DNA of 64,000 bases from Podarcis erhardii (taxonomy: Eukaryota): assembly GCA_964252035.1 (NCBI GenBank), contig OZ176210.1. One strand, written 5' to 3'. A program made the translations under genes and the position numbers. This document shows positions 49,101-62,200 of the stretch, in pieces. The notes below the pieces were generated by a model. That model did not search any database and had not been told where the DNA came from. It saw only the letters and a program-made list of their open reading frames with translations. How positions within the stretch are numbered: position 1 is the stretch's first letter; each line of letters opens with the position of its first letter.

Positions 49101-52100
49101 GCTTGTGTGCCTACACCAACCAAATTGGCAAGCGTACAATGGCTCTAGTTTAAAACAAAGCCTATTCAAGGTACAAATAATTATTATTTAAACTCCCTTG
49201 GTAACTTGTGGATTATTGGAATTCTTGATGAAACAGTCTTCAAGATTTTGTATTGACTGAAAGAAGCTCTAATGCCAAAGAACAACCCACTATATGCTTA
49301 AGATGACTGCGGATTTGAGAAGTAGTCTGCCTCCCTCATGTCGTACCATTAGCATAGAAAACATGAATTAATAAAAAATGTCACAATGTTACATAATGAT
49401 AACAATTAACAGTGTGAGGACTCATTAACAGTACTCTTAGCACTCAACTTTTAAGTAAATTGTCACATTTCTAACCATGAATTTATAACACTTCACAGAT
49501 TTAGTTTCAACCAAAAAATTAATTTGGCTAGCTAAATGCTGACACTTTTTTGTGGCTGATAGCAATTAAGCATTTTAGATGCATTGTATAGTATTCAAAC
49601 CTGTTTATTTTCAAAGCTTAGAAAGAACTGTGAAACTATTAACAACTGAGTTATGAGAATGCGTTGTTTCTTTATGTGTCCTAATGCTACAGTTGTTGTT
49701 CACTATATATCATCTTACTATCAGCCTTTATAAAATGTATCCATTTCAGCGATGGATCATTTGAGCATGCCTATGCAATTCACAATTGAAAACTCTGGCA
49801 GCCCTATCTAGTACTACCAAAATGATATCAATGAACTGGATGGAGTTACCTACCACAGGAACAATTACCCGATCAGGGTCAAATACCCTTCCACCTTTCT
49901 ACCTGAACACCTGCAAATTGAGCTGTGTCCCATTCAGAATTTTAAGAACAGAGCCATTGTCAGGGAAGTAGTTTGTTTCTGGGAGAAAATTATGCCAGTT
50001 CTCTTTTAAATGAAAGACAAGTCTGTTGTTACTTAAGGGATATTAGGCTTCACTGCATTTTTGAGGAAAACAAATTTGCTGTAACTTTATCTGTAATGTA
50101 GTACTGAATAGGTGCAAATAGGCTCTACATTGTATGTAGCAGAGCAGGGGAAATAAGGGTTTGTTAAAACCATAAAAGGGATTTGTAACCATTATATTTC
50201 TAAGGAACTGCTTTATCAGAGTCTGGGTTATAGGGGAAATGTTTTAGTTACAGCCTTAACATTAAATGCTTGCCTAGTATTTTACTCAAATGCAGTCTAA
50301 AAGAAGCAGGATTTTGTCTGTTCTGCTCACTTTGTGAAATCACAAATTTCCTGAAAGTAAACAGGCTGATAATCTTCCATTTAGCGTTTTTAGCTAGCCA
50401 AGGATTACAGCACAGACTAAACCAAATTAATCATTCCCAAAACTGAACATTGATTTGTTTTGTGCTATGATTTTAGTTTATTCATTTAGTAAATAGCTGC
50501 TGATTTCACTATTTCACTTTTTATTTTTAAAAAATACAACTTTAAGTGCAGTTAAAATGCATCAGTGCATTAATTTCCCATTTACTCAGAGAAAATATTT
50601 GAAGCTAAATATTTTCCTTAGTGTTTCACTGGGTTATTTTACTTGGCTCATTCAAAACGCCTTCTGTATCTAATATTAACAATACATCTTGACTTCACCA
50701 TAGCAGTTTATTCTTATAGAAAACAAGACAAAACAAATAGTATAGAGAATACTTTGTCTTCATGAAAAGTGTGTTGCTGAGTCGTCTATCTTAGTTTCTT
50801 TTCTTTTTTTTAAGTACGACTGTGAAGTGAAACTACTAAATTTATTGAGAGATATTTGTGAATGGAGTCTACCTTATATATTTCAGGAAGCAGCCATGAG
50901 AGTCAGAGGAAGGGCAGGTGAACAGTTGTACCTGCTAAACCCAAGGGTCAATTAATTAAACTCAGCAATTTTTCACTATATTTTCAGGATCATGCATGCA
51001 GAATATATGTAAACCAAGATTCATGTGAAATTGCTGGTTATGAAATAAAGGTAATAGAGATTTGTACGCTTCAAAAGATGAACCTGCACTTCTCTGTACA
51101 CTTACTTGGGAGTAAGCCTGTTGAAGTTGGTTGGACTTGCTTCTAAGTAAACATGATTAGGAACAACCTGTAACGGTGTGAACGTTTACTTAAAAAACAA
51201 ATCCCACTGAGTATTTGAGTATTTATTTCTGGGTTAGAAGTTTATTTTAGGACCAAACTATTAATCTGTAACCTTATGAAAAATTTCTTGGGAGTAAATT
51301 CCACTAAAAGTTAGACCTGCAAGTAAATGGGACTTGGCAGTAAAAGTGCAACCCAGAGCCCTTATAATAAGTGGGATTTCAGTATACTGAGAATAAAAGT
51401 GTTGGTTGCCTGAACAGAATCGTGCCACATCTTCTCTGCCCTTTTCTGTCAGTAGCAAGATGCAAAAAGCGCTTCTTGACTGACAGAATGGATCTGTATT
51501 TACCATGATGTTGAAGCTGCCTGTATTTAGATCTAGAAATAAAAGTTATCCTTTAAGATGGCATTATATATGTTTCTGCTGTAAAAGTTAGAAAGCATAA
51601 TTTAATTGCCATACCACTAAAAACCATTTTATGTCCAGGATGGATGAGGCACAAGTTTAGTGAGATTTAAAGTACAAAGCAGCATAGGCAAACCAGATTA
51701 AAGAATGATTTATTATATTTGGGTTTTCACTTTTATTCACCTTTAAGACATCTATTTTAAAAGAAAGTTTAAAAATAATCTTGATAACCAGAACAAATGA
51801 TAAAAATGAGACATCGAATTCACAAAGGCTTTATAACTTTATGACAAGTAATTCATCTTTTGGGGTTAGTATAGTATTCTGCACCAGCATATGACTCATA
51901 ATTGACAATCTCAGTTGTGTATTTGTTCTTTTATGGATTTTAAAGACTGAATAATGCTAAAGATCAGAAATCTTTTGGAAAATCCATGCATTATTATTTT
52001 TCAAGAAACATTGTTAAAAGTTTTTAAAGGTAGTGATGCTTCTTTTTATGCATAGAGAGATTTTGTGGGAAGACAGAGTTGTCATTAGAAATATGGAAAT

Positions 52101-53170
52101 AATTCATGTCTTATTTCATACGCATTCTGAAACATAGAGCTTCTGAGAACTAATGTAGAATTTCAGCAGAGTTTATAAGCACACTGAAGTAATCTCTAAA
52201 AATATGTAATTGGCCAAGAAGTGAAGTCCACATGTGAAACCCAGTTTTGAGGCTGACTTTTCCTCTTAGTATTTCAGTGGGCACAGTTTTCCTGTATAAT
52301 TTAAGGATCTATGTTGATCATTTTAAATCTAGCCCTATTCATTTTAAAATCTGTTAAAATCTTTTTTTAGTTTGTATTTTTGCATTTTGTATTTTCCTTA
52401 AAAAATAATAATTAGAAATTGTTGTAAATTTCAGTACAGTTGAATTGGTTTTTTTTCCTAATAGTCCTCTTAAAAGCCCATAATATTGCCGCACACCAAA
52501 TATATTCACCATGATTACAGTACAAGTAAAAATGGCACTTAAAAAAAGTCAGCCCAATAAAAAAGTTTTTGCAAAGTAGGCATAATGCATTTTTAAAAAT
52601 TAAATATTAAGTAAAAATGCATTTCTCAGTTTCAAATTGCAATCGTTTCATTATAGTGAATACATTTATTTATTTTTTTATTTAAAAAGTTTGCTCTTTA
52701 AATATTTCCAAATCATTTTTTAAAATTGTAATTAGATTATTAGGTCAAAAATCCGCAGATTTCCATCCTGATTTTTTTAAGCTGAATAGAATAAATTTAC
52801 AGCAATATAAAGTGAATGGGTTTTTTTTAAAAAAAAAATATTCAGCAGTGTTTGCATTTAGATGGCACTCTTTCTTGATTTTAGACTCTTAAATAAGATT
52901 AGTGGAATTGAACTGTTACTGTAAAATCTGTATGCATACAATACTTCAGGCTGCAGTAGTCTTAAAACAAATATTAAACCTATTGATAGTTCTTTTGAAT
53001 TATTTTAAAAAGAGTTTGTTTAATCAGTAATATGTATTGACATAGTTAATTTGCACATTTAATAGAATAAGAAATGCAAAGTGAAAATGTTGAATTCAGC
53101 TCACAGCTGTTTTACAGAGAAAAGCCATCTCATACCGATGTTGAAAACTAACGAAGTAGGTAAATTCTTT

Positions 53171-53297
53171 GGGTGATATTCAGCTAAGTCATATTCAGAG
53201 TAGACCCCCATTGAACTCTTGAGCATGAAGGACAATGGATATCACCCGTTGATTTTAATGGGCTTACTCTGAGTATGACTCTCACTGGATAGCACTC
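53171..53297. mobile_element. Palindromic MITE-like repeat
   Basis: Imperfect inverted arms agtcatattcagagtagaccc / gggcttactctgagtatgact. Confidence 0.6.
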
Positions 53298-56200
53298 TTC
53301 ATCATTTGCACAAAAAGCCTCCAACACGTACTGATTCTGCCCACCATTTAATAAAATTCATTATTATATGTAGTTTGGAAATATTTTTAAGATGCTGCTG
53401 TGTCCGTTAGTGACAAAATGTAGTGCTTCTGTACAATGCATTAATTGTCTTTCTGAAACAGGTGTAGCTGATGCCCTGATTATGCTTAAACTATTCTAGG
53501 AGATAGTATTTAGAAGTCAGCCTGATTCAAAGGCTCCTTTTGTAGTTGCAGGAATGCTGAGATATTCGTAGAGTTCTTCTGCATGTAAGTGATTTTCCCA
53601 TTCACTTTCCTGTTAAGAGGAGTTCTGGCCAGGCATTTCCACTAAATCCCCTCTCCTTGATGGAATTTCAATGTAGGAGCATTAGATCATGATCAGTAAG
53701 CACCAGCGGCGGAAGAGTATCAGTGTCTTCCCCCACCCCCAATTTTTAAGCTTTCCTATATCTTTGTTGTAGAATGCTAGCTTGCCTTGTTTCCTTGAGT
53801 TCACTAACTGCACTTTTAGAAAATGCCAAATAAGAGAAACTCATAAAAGCAAATGTGTGTTAATATTGGATTAGCGGGGGTGGGGGGACAGAACAGTTTA
53901 AATGTTGGGATGGGGAGCTAGACAAAAAAGAAAAATAAGGCCATTCTAAAAACTGTGTATAATAAGCAAAACAAACCTTTTATACATCTGCTATGTCGAT
54001 ATTTTAATATGGGGTTTTGGAGTGATTTTTAAAATTTCCGTCTTGTCTGTTGAACAAAATAACCATTAAATGTTGTTCTTCGTTTGAGCCTGTAGGTAGC
54101 ACTGTTGCCTCACAAAAGCAATGATCTTGCAAAGAGGCACAGCCTGTTTTATTTATTTATTTAATCTTGGTAGCCTAAATCCTAGCTAGCAGTACATTTG
54201 CATAATTTCCAGACTTTCATGATGATCTGTGCTATTACAACAAGTGGCCTAAATATTGTCTTGGCCTTGGTGGGTCTCTCTTTCAAAGATGTTGTGTTCC
54301 GTTCTTTCCCTCTGTGATCTGATGGAGCCTCAGCTCAGCACCAAAACCCAGTATGCTATCTGAAATCCCGAAAGTTACAGTGATAAGCTATCTGAAAAGA
54401 AAATTCTTTTTTAATGCATTGCTTTTCAGATACAAATGCATCTGTGGGGTTCTCTCTTAACGTTCTGCATTCCATTTTCTTCTTTATACAAAACACTATT
54501 CAGCACTTGCTTTATTTTCAACTCACTAATGAGGTAAATGAAGTCTCAATCTCTTAATCTTGCTTTTCTTTTCATCTCCGGACACGGCCACCTACAGTAT
54601 TTCCATTAACTTGTGTGAGAACTGGATTGGTTCGTATGAGAGTGGCATATAGCAGTAGTAAGCGGTCCCCGCACGGTGCTTACACCGTTTATTAACTAGT
54701 ACTCTGAAGTTAGCAGCATGTGTGAATAACAGTTGCTGTTTGGAGAGTTCCCTGGTAAATGCTGTGAATAACCGCTGTAGGGTGAAACAACATAATTCAA
54801 AGCTTGCACGTTCGTAATTCTCCCAGAAGGGATGCATTGTCTTAAAATTTCCCAGTATGGCTAGTAAACAGTACGCCAGCTACCTAAGTGCATCTTTGTC
54901 CAAGGTTCACATGGCTTTACCAGTGGCACTTTGAATCATCAAAATAGCCTTTTTTTTACCAGAGGGATTGTTCTGCCCCTTAATATGTACTTTCTTTTAG
55001 ATCCATTATACCCATAATCAGTATATGCTACCAAAGGAGATTTAGTTATTATTCTAACTAGCAATCATAGCTTCCCTGAATGAAAATTTGGAGCTTTATT
55101 CTATTTTATTAACAACAAAGCAGAGAAAAATACTGTTTTGAAGTTATCATAGATTTGTTATATCTTGTCTCTAAGGAAGATGGCCTTTAATGATTACAAT
55201 AGTTTCCTTTTATTCATTTGTTTTTTTGGTTAACATAAGGCAGCTGTGAGTGTAAAATTCATTGAAATTCACTAAGTGGGATTCAAAAAAAAACTTACAA
55301 AGGCCTATTAATGTGCATCTTTATTATTCCTTTGTCAGTGTGCTGCACCATGGGAGACTTGAGAAGGGAACACTACAGCCTTCTATGAACAAGCTGTTTT
55401 CTAATCATATTATCTGTGCATTTGTGCGTATACTAGAACATGCAAAGTCAAATGCAGGTGGGAGGGAGCTAACCTTTGACTCACTGTAGCAGCAAAAATA
55501 TTTCAGGCTATCAGCATGGGAGTTTTCAGCTTTTCATTGTCTCAATAGAATAGAAGGTATCTTTATCTTGAAGGCGAAGAGCACAAATAGATCCCCTGTG
55601 TATGCTGTACCACTGTTTGCATGGATTCTTATAAAATGTGAACCTTGCAATTTGAAAAATTAGTGAGGGAATTCAAGCATAAAAGAAACCGAGAAAAAGT
55701 ATTATGCTATCTTATCTGAGTGAATGCAATAAGGTTAACAACGAGAGCCTCTCTTGCCTTTTTGGGGGGTGTATGTGATAGGTTCTCCTTTCTCTTTTTC
55801 TTCTCCCCCCGCTGCCTCCGCCCCAATTTTCACTGTCACTAGCGAAGTTAGAACAACTGGTGTTCACAAAAATGTTCATAGCTTTATTAGTCAGAGAAGG
55901 GAGACCATTTCCATTATAGAGGGCCCCAAAGAATGAATAAGAGCTGTTGAATGCCTGGGCTCCATTGAACAGGAACACAAACTGATGTAAAGGAATCTTC
56001 TATCTATACATAATGAAATCTTCACAATGTTTTCATTTTTTCTTCCTTGTGGAAAGCGCCCAATACAATATGCTATAGCAATAATGATTTTGTGTGTGTG
56101 TGTGTGTGCCTACAAAGTTATAAAGCTTTTATTTACATGAGAAATAGCTAAGCCAAGTAGGTATTTTAATTTTGAAAATAAGTAAATAAAAAACTGCCCT

Positions 56201-56561
56201 TGCCTAGTAATTTGGCAAAGCAAAAAGAAATGGGGGGGGGGGTCTGTTGGTAACCGTAAATGCTGCTAGGATTCAAAGAGTTACCAATCACTTTTGCCAG
56301 CTCAGTAAGCTTTGCTGCTTTCTTATTCTGCCTGCAACATGCATGCACTGGGTGGCAGTCCAGAAGAGGCTCCAACTTTTGCAGGAGGGCTTCAGTACGA
56401 AGGTAGTGGGCTCAGAAGCCCCTGGCTCAATTGTGCTTTGTAGAAAATGTAGAATTGGATGTAATTTAAGCAGTGGCAAAACACAGGTGATATTATGATC
56501 CTATATTATTTAGCTGAAATAGCGGTCTTGTAGCCCTTTAAACATTAACAAATCGATTGTG

Positions 56562-56601
56562 ACATAAGCTTTCATGGTCTGGAATCCACTTCATCAGATG
56601 C
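56562..56601 (-). ncRNA. Minimal type-I hammerhead ribozyme motif with intact core (antisense to MCTP1)
   Basis: Minus strand reads GCAU CUGAUGA A GUGG-loop-CCAU GAAA GCUU AUGU: stem I GCAU/AUGU, stem II GUGG/CCAU, palindromic AAGCUU stem III. Activity is untested. Confidence 0.65.
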
Positions 56602-56740
56602 ATGAAGTGTTATCTTCAACTGGCAGGTGTATATACATATGGGTGTTGAGAAAGGAAAATTATAAATAGTAGGGTCAAATGGTAATGAAATGCAAAAATG
56701 CAACAGTCTGTGTACTTTGACCCTACTGTTTACATGTCAT

Positions 56741-56780
56741 GCATCTGATGAAGTGGACTTGAGTCCACTAAAATTTATGC
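56741..56780 (+). ncRNA. Hammerhead motif with mutated core (sense to MCTP1), predicted inactive
   Basis: GCAU CUGAUGA A GUGGAC-UUGA-GUCCAC UAAA AUUU AUGC; the invariant GAAA reads UAAA at 56769-56772. Confidence 0.6.
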
Positions 56781-56944
56781 CATAATAAATGTGTTTAGTC
56801 CTGAAGGTGCCGCAAAACTCTTCATTGGTTTTGCTACAACAGATTTGCACAGCTACCCTTCTGGAAGCATTTACATGGTGTGGCTGAAGGTGTTGTAGAT
56901 GTGGTGTGGTAGTAGTTGTTGCTGTTATCTTCACCAAGTTGTCC

Positions 56945-58506
56945 AGGGCTGGCCTTAGGGAAATGTAGAGTACTTGTGTTGCCACCCTCTGGACCTCTCA
57001 AGGAGGAGGCACACAAAGAAGGGTCTTGGAAGATGATCTCAGGGTCCAGGTAGGTTCATTTGGAAAGAGGTATTGCGGTCCTGAGCCATTTAAAGCTTTA
57101 TAGGTCAAAACCAGCACATTAAATTGGGTCCAGAAACTAATTGGTAGCCAGTGCAGACGGACCAGGATCGGTGTAATATGCTAAAACCCTCTTGCTCCGG
57201 TGAGCAACCTGGCTGCTGAATTCTGCACTAGCTGAAGTTTCCAAATCATCTTCAGTAGTTAGGGTATTCTTTTCCAGATAGGGGCGTAGCTGGGCCACCA
57301 GCCAAAGCTGATGGAAGGCAGTCTGGGCCACTCAGGCCACTTGAGCATCGAGCAACACCAAAGGATCCAGGAGTAACCCCAGGCTATGAACCTGCTTCTT
57401 TAGAGGAAGTGTAACACCATCAAGAGCAGGCGATCTCCCACCCACCCAGTCTAGGGAACCACCCTCTAACAGTGCCTCAGTCTTATCTGGATTGAGTTTC
57501 AGTTTGTTGGCTCTCATCCAGTCCATTACTGAGGCAAGACACTGGTCCAGCACTTCCACTACCTCACCTCCAGATGCAAAGGAGAAATAGAGCTGAGTGT
57601 CATCAGCATACTGCTGACAATGTACTCCAAAACCTCCGGATAACTGGAGCGGTTTCCTGTAGATGTTAAACAATGTAGGGGATAGGATTGAGCCCTGCAG
57701 AACCCCACATTGAAGATTCCACTGGGCTTAAAAGCATTCCCCAAACAACACCCTCTGGGAAGGACCTTCCAAGTAGGACTGGAACCACCGCAAAGCAGTG
57801 CCACCCACCAATGGTATCGAAAACCATTGAGAGGTCAAGAAGAATTAACAGGGACATGTTTCCCTTGTCTCTCTCTCTCAACAGAGGCAACCAAAGCAGT
57901 TTCTGTGCGAAAACCGGGCTTAAACCTCATTTGAAATGGATCCAGAAAATAAATTTCTTACAAAAGCACCTGGATCTGGTCTGCAACCACTCGCTCCAGA
58001 ACCTTGCTCAGGAAAGGGAGATTAGCAACTGGCCAGTAGTTATTCCAAATCCACGGAAGATTTTTTAAGGAGTGTTTTTACCACTTCCTCCTTCAAACAG
58101 GCAGGGACCCCCCCCTTTCATAAAGAGTAAGGTTACCAGATGCCCCCATTTCCCGGGGACAGTCCCCGGATTTACAAATCAGCCCCCATACAAAATCCGT
58201 TGAAGTTGGAAAGTGTCCTTGGATTCATTGAAAAAAAACCTGATAACCTTAATAAAGAGGCATAGTTCACCTTCCTGGCCCAGCCAGCTGTTCCCTCCCT
58301 GCTGGTTTTTATCAGCCAAGAGGGGCACCCTGACTGATCCGAGCACCTTGTCCACATCCTTGAGCCTTACCAACTGAAACTCATCCAACAAGACTAGACT
58401 GTGCTCTGGACTCCCCATGAGATTCATCTGCTCTAACAAGAGAGTAAGTGTCTTGGTGGATGCAAGCAATTTTATCCTCAAAATGCTTTGCAAACAAGTC
58501 ACAACA
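56945..58506 (-). mobile_element. Decayed L2 LINE ORF2 containing the reverse-transcriptase domain
   Basis: Frameshifted minus-strand peptides LLILLDLSMVFDTI, QQYADDTQLYFSF, WMRANKLKLNPDKTEALL and FQLVRLKDVDKVLGSVR. Confidence 0.92.
58128..58251. mobile_element. hAT-type MITE (124 bp) nested in the L2, with perfect 8-bp TSD ATAAAGAG
   Basis: TIRs taaggttaccag / ctgataacctta; TSD at 58120-58127 and 58252-58259. Confidence 0.92.
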
Positions 58507-58510
58507 AATG

Positions 58511-58662
58511 TGTGTGGGGGTTGGGGGGGCTATTGAGTTGTTTTTATTTTGATTAAGTATTTTGTGGTTTTATATTTTGACTTTATTCTGTGAACCACCC
58601 TGAGACCTCCGGTTATATAGGGTGGTATATAAATTCAATAAATAAAAATAAAACAAATAAAT
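58511..58662 (+). mobile_element. L2 3' UTR and tail, opposite in orientation to the adjacent L2 body
   Basis: tgtgaaccaccctgagacctccgg..agggtggtatataaattc followed by an (AAAT)-like tail. Confidence 0.75.
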
Positions 58663-59039
58663 ACTTGTTCCAACAGAAAACAACTCCTCTCTTTTTCTAG
58701 ATGAGTTTTCACAGCGCATCTTGTAATCACAATTCAGATACTTCAGTGGCATAGTTATAGTATGCATACATGCCTGAGTATGTACAAAGGGATGACTCCA
58801 AGCATTTGCTATATGTTCTATATGTTCTGCTATATGTTCTGCTACCCAGGACATGCTCAGATCACATGCTTGGTCTATGAGTCCTTTGTGTCTTTTTACC
58901 TGGTGATACAATGGTGAATAGTCTCATATTGGGGACAATGTTTTGCACACTCTGACAAGGGGCAACCAACTTCAGTGGCTTTAAAAGAGGATTAGACCAA
59001 TTCACGGAGGATAAGACTATAAGGGGCTGCTATGCTAGC

Positions 59040-59245
59040 CAGTATATTCCACTGTTTGCTGCCTTGGAAGTCAGTATGCTCCTACAAAGCAGCTTCTGGA
59101 AACCATAGGAGGAGAGAGTTCTGTCACACTCAGGCCTGCTTGCAAGCTTCCCCTGGCATCTTAGTGGCCAGTATGATAACAGAATGCTTAACTAGAAAAA
59201 GGGCACTAGCTGGATCCAGCATGGATCTTCTTACTGTCTTATGTG
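59040..59245 (+). mobile_element. Old SINE/LINE-tail repeat; related copy in reverse at ~42605-42700
   Basis: Ends gctggatccagcatggatcttcttactgtcttatg. The core cctgcttgcaagcttcccctggcatc has a reverse-complement homologue gatgcccatgcgatgcccaaaggcagg at ~42641-42667. Confidence 0.5.
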
Positions 59246-62200
59246 AACACTACACCTCTTTGCTTTTGAGATTCTTGCTATGGCATGCTATTCAATTCCT
59301 ATGGTCCTATCAGAGTTGTTGGATATCCTTGTGCACTGTACTAACATTTCAGGAAGGCAGATCCTGTGGATGCCTGAAAACGTAATGTGCTCCCAGAGAG
59401 CTCCGGGAATACAAGTATATATATACAACTAACATACTGTAGTCATTGAGGCTTTAAATTTCCATTTATTTTAATTTTACACCTCCTAAGTTACGGAAGT
59501 AACAGAAATTGTGAAATGCCAAAATTTTGTTGTGTTGACTGTCGTTATCAAGCTGAATTCCTGTGATGGCACACATTGGGAATTTCTGCTGTATTTTGGT
59601 AGGAGGACTGGGAAAGTACCCAAAATTACAGTGATTTTCCAAGGGTTCAGACAGGTATGGGTTAAATGAACCAAGGCAACTCTGCATATGTTTGAGTAGC
59701 AGAATTGTGCCGAGCAAATGTGTGGGATTCTCTCTTTTTGCCACATAGGCTATATACGATAAAGCCATGCAAAAATAACTTTTGGGCCTCCAGGGGGCCA
59801 AAAGTTACAAGTCCCATCATCCCTGGTCATTGACCATGCTTGCTGGGGCTCATGGGAGTTGTAGTTCAGCAGCATCTGGAGGCCCAGAGGTTCCCCATGC
59901 CTGATGTGTAGACAATTATTCTTTGTGCTTCAGACCCCAACACTGAATAATATGCCCACAGGGTGCCAAGAAGTTATGTGTGAAGACCCAGATTAGGCAG
60001 GACTGTACTTTCACCTGCTAAATTCATTTTAGTTTTTAAAAAGCAGGTCTCCTTAATCCAGACTTGTTTTACTGCCTGCCACCGACTGCTATATATTTCT
60101 CTGTTTGCTTGTGTGTCTTGGCGTTCTGATAGCACACAGTGATTCTCTTGGAATGATCCTGACTTTTCTCCTTGGATGGTGAAATCTTGAATCATTCTAA
60201 CCATTTCCTTTCTCAATTGGTTTTGCCTTTTCTTTTCTTACATTTGCATTTGCCTGCCTTCCACAGCACTGTTGTATTGGCTAGGCAGATGATAGGAGTT
60301 ATAATCCAGAACATCTAGAGGGCACCAGGTTGGGGAAGGCTGGTAAATATACACTTGTTTTTCTCAGTCTGTGTAAATACTGTGAGACCCAAGTGGAAGC
60401 TGCTTTTAACAATGCTAAGCTTGGTGTTAATTAACCAAAATAGATTATCCCCTTGCCTCTGCCGTTGCATTTGTGCTAACATTTGGTTATTACCCTTTGC
60501 TACGGATTTCAAGTTTTATTTTCATGTGTTGAAGCAAATTCTCACACGGTCTTCAAATTATCTCCTTGGGGGTGTTTTTCCTGAGTTAATCCTGACAGAA
60601 TCTTCCTGCCAGATATGCCCATCAACTCTCTACATACAGGAACCTCTGTGCTTCAGGCTGTATGCAAATTTAATGCCCATCTCATTTCTGTTTCTCTTAC
60701 ATGGATGACAGATATTGTAACAATAACCTACACATTTCCCTATGGGGTTTCGATTGGATTTCCGTATATAAGAGTGCTTATATATGTTTTTTGGTTTTGC
60801 ATGTGTGTTTCAGTACAATATTGGTAATGTATATATATGGGGGGGGGAATGTGTGTTGTTTGCTTACATTTATGCATAGGTAAAATGTATATGAATGCAT
60901 GTGTCAAGGCAGTAAACAGCCAAAGAATATCAGAAATGTATCTAGATCCCAGGGAGACTAATCAGTTACTAAAAAATAGATATGGTGGGGGAAAGTGATA
61001 AACAAGGAATGATAAACACGGGATGTATACTGGAAAATAATTCCTAACATTCGAGGGTTTCTGCCTTCATAAGGAAAACAAGAAGCAACAGCATAGGAAA
61101 TGAGCTTTTGTTTTCTGATGTTTCAAAACCAGCATAGTGAGGGCAAATGATATACCAGCAATCACAGAGTTTTCTTTACATGTGTCTGCAGTCGTCAAGG
61201 CAGACTTCAAGTGTTTGTCTGAAACTAATTTTCATCATAAGTAGCTTAGAAGGATTGGGATCAGTTTAACACCACCTGCTATATTATGTATCTTAAACGG
61301 GAATGGTCCTCATTAAAAAGAAAAGAAAGAAGCCTAAACTTAGACGGTGTGTGCATGCGCCTAAGATGGGGGGAAAGGTTTGAAGTGGAGCTGGTTCATA
61401 TTTTACTGTGCCCCTTGCACCAGCACCTCAGGAGAATGCAAGGTTGCTGTTGAACTCTCAGCTAGCCATGCTAGTGCAGTTTCATGCCACTGTACATTTG
61501 GGTTGCTATAATTGGAGTCATTGCTACATCTTGGGAAAAGAGCTGCTATAATGACTTCATTACAACAGTGGCAAATGCAGCTCCCACAGTTAGTACACTT
61601 GCTGCTTCTGCTTGATCATAGTCCAGCTGCAAACCAGATGATGGCCTCACATGGTCTGAGATGCTCATATCAGGCCCACCCTAGAATATGAACCAGCCCT
61701 GAGAGACTGGCTGAATCATGGAGACCATTCAGTCGTGGTTCATATGCTTCATAATTATACCACACTATAATTATGCAGATCAGGTGATTTAGGGAAATGG
61801 ACAGTATGGTACCGCTGTCCAAAAATTATCCTCCATGCAGTTATCACCCAACCCCTAGAGTTTCTGTGCTTTTAAAAAAATGATGCTTCATACATATTGG
61901 CACAATGGCAAGTATACTTTGCTATTCTGAGGAGGAAAGTGGTTAAAGCTCATTAAGACAGAATTTGTGGGGGTTTTTCCTGATGAAAATGCTACTGATG
62001 GAATATTGCTTTTTGGTATTGGGAAAATGAGAAAGGAGCTTCAATCATAGTCGAACTGTGAAATATTTGTCACTAGCAACCTCATACCTAGTGTTGCTCG
62101 GGAATTCTAAGAAACAAAAAAATCTGTGCAGTTGTGAAAGGTTCATTTTGCCATCTTGATTCAAAATGGTGTCCAGATACTGATGAAAACAAGTTACTTG

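Larger units (their letters stand above)
56522..56866. mobile_element. Inverted pair of Penelope-like element terminal repeats
   Basis: 56522-56605 is the reverse complement of a homologue of ~56737-56820 (catgcatctgatgaagtgga..tatg..ttagt..aaggtgcc). An inner inverted repeat agtagggtcaaa / tttgaccctact is also present. Confidence 0.8.

Noticed and set aside
2360-60848. About 14 G or C homopolymer runs of 9 or more, some G-quadruplex-like (e.g. 2345-2373)
   Set aside because: Scattered without relation to exons; I believe such runs are common in squamate genomes, and their lengths are error-prone.
6516-62190. Other CTGATGA heptamers (e.g. ~6516, ~9826, ~41795, ~46166, ~61980) as hammerhead cores
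   Set aside because: No stem II followed by GAAA and no closing stem I.
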